23,796 bases of DNA from positions 1-23,796 of the forward strand of contig NEEC01000340.1 in the NCBI GenBank assembly GCA_002189035.1, given 5' to 3'. A program made the position numbers and the translations under genes. The stretch comes from Utricularia gibba. Its lineage: Eukaryota > Plantae > Magnoliophyta. The notes under the pieces are model-generated. The model had not been told where the DNA came from. It did no database searches and saw only the letters and a program-made list of their open reading frames with translations. Positions 10,490 to 20,900 of this stretch are shown piece by piece. How positions within the stretch are numbered: the stretch's first letter is position 1; each line of letters begins with the position of its first letter.

Positions 10490-12520
10490 ACACCCTTCAT
10501 CTCGAAATGATCATCGTCTTGCATGTCAAAAATCACAAAGTCAGGTTTCACATTTTCGTGTGGTGGCCACTTCGTTGCACATCTGAAGGCTAATATAAGG
10601 CAATCTTTCGAGCATTTGTGCAGCCTTGCATTCGTCAACATGACTCATCACAAGATTCCACTCGCCGATGCACGAGGCCACCATGAGGTGGTGGCAGGTG
10701 TCCCGAGTCATGAAATACATACGTTTCATGCGAAGTCAGTGTCCCGAGTGGAATGGTGGCCACTTCGTTGCACATCTGAAGGCTAATATAAGGCAATCTT
10801 TCGAGCATTTGTGCAGCCTCGGACGAACAAGTTCTCAACACGAAAGAAGACCGGCTCGGAACGAGCTTCGAAACGGTATGATATGTGCAACATGACTCAT
10901 CACCGTTCGCAAGATATCCACTCGATACCGAAGAGTGCACGAGGCCACCATGAGGTGGTGGCTAGGGACACACCTTAAATGATCATCTCGAAATCCAAAA
11001 TTTCACATCGTCCCATGAAATACATACGTCTTGCATGTCAAAAATCACATTCGCATCGAGTCAGGTGTCCCGAGTCACATTTTCGCGAATGTGGTGGCCA
11101 CTTCGTTGCACATCTGAAGGCTAATATAAGGCAATCTTTCGAGCATTTGTGCAGCTCGGACGAACAAGTTCTCAACACGAAAGAAGACGAACGAAGTTCA
11201 ACATCATCACACCACTCGATAAGAAGACCGAGCTCGATCATCTCGAAATCGTCCCAGCATTCTTGCATGTCAACGGAGTATGAGTACATTTTCGTGCAAC
11301 ATCTGAAGGCTAATATAAGGCAATCTTTCGAGCATTTGTGCAGCCTCGGACGAACAAGTTCTCAACACGAAAGAAGACAAGATTCGATCAACACTCGATA
11401 CCACTCGATAGAGAGTGCACGAGGCCACCATGAGGTGGTGTGGGACTAGATCATCTCGAAATCCAAATTTCACATCGTCCATGAAATACATACGTCTTGC
11501 ATGTCAAAAATCACATTCGCATCGAGTCAGGTGTCCCGAGTCACATTTTCGCGAATGTGGTGGCGTTGCAATCTGATCAATCAAAATTCTCAACATCGTC
11601 GAAACGGTATGATATGTGCAACATGACTCATCACCGTTTAAGATATCATATGTCTTGCATGTCAAAATCCATCACATTCCCATGAAATACATACGTCTTG
11701 CAGTCAGCATCGAGTCAGTGTCCCGAGTCACATTTTCGCGAATGTGGTGTTGCACATCTTCGTTGCAGCCTCGGACGAACAAGTTCTCAACACGAAAGAA
11801 GACCGCTCGGAACGAGCTTCGAAACGGTATGATATGTGCAACATGACTCATCACCGTTCGCAAGATATCCACTCGATACCGAAGAGTGCACGAGGCCACC
11901 ATGAGGTGGTGGCTAGGGACACACCCTTAAAATGATCGGACATACGTCTTTGCATGTCACACAGCATCGAGTCTCAACATTTTCGAAACTTCGACATCTG
12001 AAGGCTAATATAAGGCAATCTTTCGAGCATTTGTGCAGCCTCGGACGAACAAGTTCTCAACACGAAAGAAGACCGGCTCGGAACGAGCTTCGAAACGGTA
12101 TGATATGTGCAACATGACTCATCACCGTTCGCAAGATATCCACTCGATACCGAAGAGTGCACGAGGCCACCATGAGGTGGTGGCTAGGGACACACCCTTG
12201 GCATTTCACATCGTATGAAGATGTCAAAAATCACATTCGCATCGAGTCAGGTCCCGAGTCACATTTTCGCGAATGTGGTGGCCACTTCGTTGCACATCTG
12301 AAGGCTAATATAAGGCAATCTTTCGAGCATTTGTGCAGCCTCGGACGAACAAGTTCTCAACACGAAAGAAGACCGGCTCGGAACGAGCTTCGAAACGGTA
12401 TGATATGTGCAACATGACTCATCACAAGATTCGCATACGAGTCAGGTCTTGTCATCCGAGTCACATTCGCATCGAATCAGGTGTCCCGAGTCACACTTCG
12501 TTGCACATCTGAAGGCTAAT
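10490..12520. repeat. Degenerate/scrambled monomers (truncated and re-ordered fragments of the same repeat)
   Basis: All segments derive from the monomer, but copies shrink to about 180-300 bp and fragments appear out of consensus order (e.g. 10496-10530, 10681-10760, 11641-11760). Confidence 0.85.
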
Positions 12521-14629
12521 ATAAGGCAATCTTTCGAGCATTTTGCAGCCTCGGACGAACAGTTCTCAACACGAAAGAAGACCGCTCGGAACGAGCTTCG
12601 AAACGGTATGATATGTGCAACATGACTCATCACCGTTCGCAAGATATCCACTCGATACCGAAGAGTGCACGAGGCCACCATGAGGTGGTGGCTAGGGACA
12701 CACCCTTAAATGATCATCTCGAAATCCAAAATTTCACATCGTCCATGAAATACATACGTCTTGCATGTCAAAAATCACATTCGCATCGAGTCAGGTGTCC
12801 CGAGTCACATTTTCGCGAATGTGGTGGCCACTTCGTTGCACATCTGAAGGCTAATATAAGGCAATCTTTCGAGCATTTGTGCAGCCTCGGACGAACAAGT
12901 TCTCAAACGAAAGAAGACCGGCTCGGAACGAGCTTCGAAACGGTATGATATGTGCAACATGACTCATCACCGCAAGATATCCACTCGATACCGAAGAGTG
13001 CACGAGGCCACCATGAGGTGTGGCTAGGGACACACCCATCTTAAATGATCATCTCGAAATCCAAAATTTCACATCGTCCCATGAAATACATACGTCTTGC
13101 ATGTCAAAAATCACATTCGCATCGAGTCGGTGTCCGAGTCACATTTTCGCGAATGTGGTGGCCACTTCGTTGCACATCTGAAGGCTAATATAAGGCAATC
13201 TTTCGAGCATTTGTGCAGCCGGACGAACAAGTTCTCAACACGAAAGAAGACCGGCTCGGAACGAGCTTCGAACGGTATGATATGTGCAACATGACTCATC
13301 ACCGTTCGCAAGATATCCACTCGATACCGAAGAGTGCACGAGGCCACCATGAGGTGGTGGCTAGGGACACACCAAAATGATCATCTCGAAATCCAAAATT
13401 TCACATCGTCCCATGAAATACATACGTCTTGCATGTCAAAAATCACATTCGCATCGAGTCAGGTGTCCCGAGTCACATTTTCGCGAATGGTGGCCACTTC
13501 GTTGCACATCTGAAGGCTAATATAAGGCAATCTTTCGAGCATTTGTGCAGCTCGGACGAACAAGTTCTCAACACGAAAGAAGACCGGCTCGGAACGAGCT
13601 TCGAAACGGTATGATATGTGCAACATGACTCATCACCGTTCGCAAGATATCCACTCGATACCGAAGAGTGCACGAGGCCACCATGAGGTGGTGGCTAGGG
13701 ACACACCTTAAATGATCATCTCGAAATCCAAATTTCACATCGTCCCATGAAATACATACGTCTTGCATGTCAAAAATCACATTCGCATCGAGTCAGGTGT
13801 CCCGAGTCACATTTTCGCGAATGTGGTGGCCACTTCGTTGCACATCTGAAGGCTAATATAAGGCAATCTTTCGAGCATTTGTGCAGCCTCGGACGAACAA
13901 GTTCTCAACACGAAAGAAGACCGGCTCGGAACGAGCTTCGAAACGGTATGATATGTGCAACATGACTCATCACAAGATATCCACTCGATACCGAAGAGTG
14001 CACGAGGCCACATGAGGTGTGGCTAGGGACACACCAAAATGATCATCTCGAATCCAAATTTCACATCGTCCCATGAAATACATACGTCTTGCATGTCAAA
14101 AATCACATTCGCATCGAGTCAGGTGTCCCGAGTCACATTTTCGCGAATGTGTGGCCACTTCGTTGCACATCTGAAGGCTAATATAAGGCAATCTTTCGAG
14201 CATTTGTGCAGCCTCGGACGAACAAGTTCTCAACACGAAAGAAGACCGGCTCGGAACGAGCTTCGAAACGGTATGATATGTGCAACATGACTCATCACCG
14301 TTCGCAAGATATCCACTCGATACCGAAGAGTGCACGAGGCCACCATGAGGTGGTGGCTAGGGACACACCCTTAAATGATCATCTCGAAATCCAAAATTTC
14401 ACATCGTCCCATGAAATACATACGTCTTGCATGTCAAAATCACATTCGCATCGAGTCAGGTGTCCCGAGTCACATTTTCGCGAATGTGGTGGCCACTTCG
14501 TTGCACATCTGAAGGCTAATATAAGGCAATCTTTCGAGCATTTGTGCAGCTCGGACGAACAAGTTCTCAACACGAAAGAAGACCGGCTCGGAACGAGCTT
14601 CGAAACGGTATGATATGTGCAACATGACT

Positions 14630-14990
14630 CATCACCATAAGATATCCACTCGATACCGTCTTGCATGTCAAAATCCATCACATTCCCATGAAATACATAC
14701 GTCTTGCATGTCAAAAATCACATTCGCATCGAGTCAGGTCCCGAGTCACATTTTCGCGAATGTGGCCACTTCGTTGCACATCTGAAGGCTAATATAAGGC
14801 AATCTTTCGTTTGCACGAACAAGTCTGAAAGGCTAACTCATCAAGGCCGAATCACGAGGCCACCATGAGGTGTGGCTAGGGACACCCCCTTAAATGATCA
14901 TCTCGAAATCCAAATTTCACATCGTCCCATGAAATACATACGCTTGCATGTCAAAAATCACATTCGATCAGTGTCCGAGTCACATTTTCG
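14630..14990. repeat. Second short zone of degenerate/scrambled monomers
   Basis: There are internal deletions and a duplicated GTCTTGCATGTCAAAA segment. The region after GGCAATCTTTCG (about 14810-14855) is collapsed. Confidence 0.8.
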
Positions 14991-17900
14991 CGAATGGTGG
15001 CCACTTCGTTGCACATCTGAAGGCTAATATAAGGCAATCTTTCGAGCATTTGTGCAGCCTCGGACGAACAAGTTCTCAAACGAAAGAAGACCGGCTCGGA
15101 ACGAGCTTCGAAACGGTATGATATGTGCAACATGACTCATCACCGTTCGCAAGATATCCACTCGATACCGAAGAGTGCACGAGGCCACCATGAGGTGGTG
15201 GCTAGGGACACACCCTTAAATGATCATCTCGAAATCCAAAATTTCACATCGTCCCATGAAATACATACGTCTTGCATGTCAAAAATCACATTCGCATCGA
15301 GTCAGGTTCCCGAGTCACATTTCGCGAATGTGGTGGCCACTTCGTTGCACATCTGAAGGCTAATATAAGGCAATCTTTCGAGCATTTGTGCAGCCTCGGA
15401 CGAACAAGTTCTCAACACGAAAGAAGACCGGCTCGGAACGAGCTTCGAAACGGTATGATATGTGCAACATGACTCATCACCGTTCGCAAGATATCCACTC
15501 GATACCGAAGAGTGCACGAGGCCACCATGAGGTGGTGGCTAGGGACACACCCTTAAATGATCATCTCGAAATCCAAAATTTCACATCGTCCCATGAAATA
15601 CATACGTCTTGCATGTCAAAAATCACATTCGCATCGAGTCAGGTGTCCCGAGTCACATTTTCGCGAATGTGGTGGCCACTTCGTTGCACATCTGAAGGCT
15701 AATATAAGGCAATCTTTCGAGCATTTGTGCAGCCGGACGAACAAGTTCTCAACACGAAAGAAGACCGGCTCGGAACGAGCTTCGAAACGGTATGATATGT
15801 GCAACATGACTCATCACCGTTCGCAAGATATCCACTCGATACCGAAGAGTGCACGAGGCCACCATGAGGTGGTGGCTAGGGACACACCCTTAAATGATCA
15901 TCTCGAAATCCAAAATTTCACATCGTCCCATGAAATACATACGTCTTGCATGTCAAAAATCACATTCGCATCGAGTCAGGTGTCCCGAGTCACATTTCGC
16001 GAACGTGTGGCCACTTCGTTGCACATCTGAAGGCTAATATAAGGCAATCTTTCGAGCATTTGTGCAGCCTCGGACGAACAAGTTCTCAACACGAAAGAAG
16101 ACCGGCTCGGAACGAGCTTCGAAACGGTATGATATGTGCAACATGACTCATCACCGTTCGCAAGATATCCACTCGATACCGAAGAGTGCACGAGGCCACC
16201 ATGAGGTGGTGGCTAGGGACACACCCTTAAATGATCATCTCGAAATCCAAAATTTCACATCGTCCCATGAAATACATACGTCTTGCATGTCAAAAATCAC
16301 ATTCGCATCGAGTCAGGTGTCCCGAGTCACATTCGCGAACGTGTGGCCACTTCGTTGCACATCTGAAGGCTAATATAAGGCAATCTTTCGAGCATTTGTG
16401 CAGCCTCGACGAACAAGTTCTCAACACGAAAGAAGACCGGCTCGGAACGAGCTTCGAAACGGTATGATATGTGCAACATGACTCATCACCGTTCGCAAGA
16501 TATCCACTCGATACCGAAGAGTGCACGAGGCCACCATGAGGTGGTGGCTAGGGACACACCCTTAAATGATCATCTCGAAATCCAAATTTCACATCGTCCC
16601 ATGAAATACATACGTTTGCATGTCAAAAATCACATTCGCATCGAGTCAGGTGTCCCGAGTCACATTTTCGCGAATTGGTGGCCACTTCGTTGCACATCTG
16701 AAGGCTAATATAAGGCAATCTTTCGAGCATTTGTGCAGCCTCGGACGAACAAGTTCTCAACACGAAAGAAGACCGGCTCGGAACGAGCTTCGAAACGGTA
16801 TGATATGTGCAACATGACTCATCACCGTTCGCAAGATATCCACTCGATACCGAAGAGTGCACGAGGCCACCATGAGGTGGTGGCTAGGACACCCTTAAAT
16901 GATCATCTCGAAATCCAAAATTTCACATCGTCCCATGAAATACATACGTCTTGCATGTCAAAAATCACATTCGCATCGAGTCAGGTGTCCCGAGTCACAT
17001 TTTCGCGAATGTGGTGGCCACTTCGTTGCACATCTGAAGGCTAATATAAGGCAATCTTTCGAGCATTTGTGCAGCTCGGACGAACAAGTTCTCAACACGA
17101 AAGAAGACCGGCTCGGAACGAGCTTCGAACGGTATGATATGTGCAACATGACTCATCACCGTTTGCAAGATATCCACTCGATACCGAAGAGTGCACGAGG
17201 CCACCATGAGGTGTGGCTAGGACACACCCTTCTTAAATGATCATCTCGAAATCCAAATTTCACATCGTCCCATGAAATACATACGTCTTGCATGTCAAAA
17301 ATCACATTCGCATCGAGTCAGGTGTCCCGAGTCACATTTTCGCGAATGTGGTGGCCACTTCGTTGCACATCTGAAGGCTAATATAAGGCAATCTTTCGAG
17401 CATTTGTGCAGCCTCGGACGAACAAGTTCTCAACACGAAAGAAGACCGGCTCGGAACGAGCTTCGAAACGGTATGATATGTGCAACATGACTCATCACCG
17501 TTCGCAAGATATCCACTCGATACCGAAGAGTGCACGAGGCCACCATGAGGTGGTGGCTAGGGACACACCCTTAAATGATCATCTCGAAATCCAAAATTTC
17601 ACATCGTCCATGAATACATATCTTGCATGTCAAAAATCACATTCGCATCGAGTCAGGTGTCCCGAGTCATTCCGCGAATGGTGGCCACTTCGTTGCACAT
17701 CTGAAGGCTAATATAAGGCAATCTTTCGAGCATTTGTGCAGCCTCGGACGAACAAGTTCTCAACACGAAAGAAGACCGCTCGGAACGAGCTTCGAAACGG
17801 TATGATATGTGCAACATGACTCATCACCGTTCGCAAGATATCCACTCGATACCGAAGAGTGCACGAGGCCACCATGAGGTGGTGGCTAGGGACACACCCT

Positions 17901-20900
17901 TAAATGATCATCTCGAAATCCAAAATTTAACATCGTCCCATGAAATACATACGTCTTGCATGTCAAAAATCACATTCGCATCGAGTCAGGTGTCCCGAGT
18001 CACATTTCGCGAATGTGGTGGCCACTTCGTTGCACATCTGAAGGCTAATATAAGGCAATCTTTCGAGCATTTGTGCAGCCTCGGACGAACAAGTTCTCAA
18101 CACGAAAGAAGACCGGCTCGGAACGAGCTTGAAACGGTATGATGTGCAACATGACTCATCACCGTTCGCAAGATATCCACTCGATACCGAAGAGTGCACG
18201 AGGCCACCATGAGGTGGTGGCTAGGGACACACCCTTAAATGATCATCTCGAAATCCAAAATTTCACATCGTCCCATGAAATACATACGTCTTGCATGTCA
18301 AAAATCACATTCGCATCGAGTCAGGTGTCCCGAGTCACATTTTCGCGAATGTGGTGGCCACTTCGTTGCACATCTGAAGGCTAATATAAGGCAATCTTTC
18401 GAGCATTTGTGCAGCCTCGGACGAACAAGTTCTCAACACGAAAGAAGACCGGCTCGGAACGAGCTTCGAAACGGTATGATATGTGCAACATGACTCATCA
18501 CCGTTCAAGATATCCACTCGATACCGAAGAGTGCACGAGGCCACCATGAGGTGGTGGCTAGGGACACACCCTTAAATGATCATCTCGAAATCCAAAATTT
18601 CACATCGTCCATGAAATACATACGTCTTGCATGTCAAAAATCACATTCGCATCGAGTCAGGTGTCCCGAGTCACATTTCGCGAAGTGGTGGCCACTTCGT
18701 TGCACATCTGAAGGCTAATATAAGGCAATCTTTCGAGCATTTGTGCAGCCTCGGACGAACAAGTTCTCAACACGAAAGAAGACCGGCTCGGAACGAGCTT
18801 CGAAACGGTATGATATGTGCAAATGACTCATCACCGTTCGCAAGATATCCACTCGATACCGAAGAGTGCACGAGGCCACCATGAGGTGGTGGCTAGGGAC
18901 ACACCTTAAATGATCATCGAAATCCAAAATTTCACATCGTCCATGAAATACATACGTCTTGCATGTCAAAAATCACATTCGCATCGAGTCAGGTGTCCCG
19001 AGTCACATTTCGCGAATGTGGTGGCCACTTCGTTGCACATCTGAAGGCTAATATAAGGCAATCTTTCGAGCATTTGTGCAGCCTCGGACGAACAAGTTCT
19101 CAACACGAAAGAAGACGGCTCGGAACGAGCTTCGAAACGGTATGATATGTGCAACATGACTCATCACCGTTCGCAAGATATCCACTCGATACCGAAGAGT
19201 GCACGAGGCCACCATGAGGTGGTGGCTAGGGACACACCCTTAAATGATCATCTCGAAATCCAAATTTCACATCGTCCATGAAATACATACGTCTTGCATG
19301 TCAAAAATCACATTCGCATCGAGTCAGGTGTCCCGAGTCACATTTTCGCGAATGTGGTGGCCACTTCGTTGCACATCTGAAGCTAATATAAGGCAATCTT
19401 TCGAGCATTTGTGCAGCCTCGGACGAACAAGTTCTCAACACGAAAGAAGACCGGCTCGGAACGAGCTTCGAAACGGTATGATATGTGCAACATGACTCAT
19501 CACCGTTCGCAAGATATCCACTCGATACCGAAGAGTGCACGAGGCCACATGAGGTGGTGGCTAGGGACACACCCTTAAATGATCATCTCGAAATCCAAAA
19601 TTTCACATCGTCCATGAAATACATACGTCTTGCATGTCAAAATCACATTCGCATCGAGTCAGGTCCCGAGTCACATTTTCGCGAATGTGGTGGCCACTTC
19701 GTTGCACATCTGAAGGCTAATATAAGGCAATCTTTCGAGCATTTGTGCAGCCTCGGACGAACAAGTTCTCAACACGAAAGAAGACCGGCTCGGAACGAGC
19801 TTCGAAACGGTATGATATGTGCAACATGACTCATCACCGTTCGCAAGATATCCACTCGATACCGAAGAGTGCACGAGGCCACCATGAGGTTGTGGCTAGG
19901 GACACACCCTTAAATGATCATCTCGAAATCCAAAATTTCACATCGTCCCATGAAATACATACGTCTTGCATGTCAAAAATCACATTCGCATCGAGTCAGG
20001 TGTCCCGAGTCACATTTTCGCGAACGTGGTGGCCACTTCGTTGCACATCTGAAGGCTAATATAAGGCAATCTTTCGAGCATTTGTGCAGCCTCGGACGAA
20101 CAAGTTCTCAACACGAAAGAAGACCGGCTCGGAACGAGCTTCGAAACGGTATGATATGTGCAACATGACTCATCACCGTTCGCAAGATATCCACTCGATA
20201 CCGAAGAGTGCACGAGGCCACCATGAGGTGGTGGCTAGGGACACACCCCCTTAAATGATCATCTCGAAATCCAAAATTTCACATCGTCCCATGAAATACA
20301 TACGTCTTGCATGTCAAATCACATTCGCATCGAGTCAGGTGTCCCGAGTCACATTTCGCGAATGTGGCCACTTCGTTGCACATCTGAAGGCTAATATAAG
20401 GCAATCTTTCGAGCATTTGTGCAGCCTCGGACGAACAAGTTCTCAACACGAAAGAAGACCGGCTCGGAACGAGCTTCGAAACGGTATGATATGTGCAACA
20501 TGACTCATCACCGTTCGCAAGATATCCACTCGATACCGAAGAGTGCACGAGGCCACCATGAGGTGGTGGCTAGGGACACACCCTTAAATGATCATCTCGA
20601 AATCCAAAATTTCACATCGTCCCATGAAATACATACGTCTTGCATGTCAAAAATCACATTCGCATCGAGTCAGGTGTCCCGAGTCACATTTTCGCGAATG
20701 TGGTGGCCACTTCGTTGCACATCTGAAGGCTAATATAAGGCAATCTTTCGAGCATTTGTGCAGCCTCGGACGAACAAGTTCTCAACACGAAAGAAGACCG
20801 GCTCGGAACGAGCTTCGAAACGGTATGATATGTGCAACATGACTCATCACCGTTCGCAAGATATCCACTCGATACCGAAGAGTGCACGAGGCCACCATGA

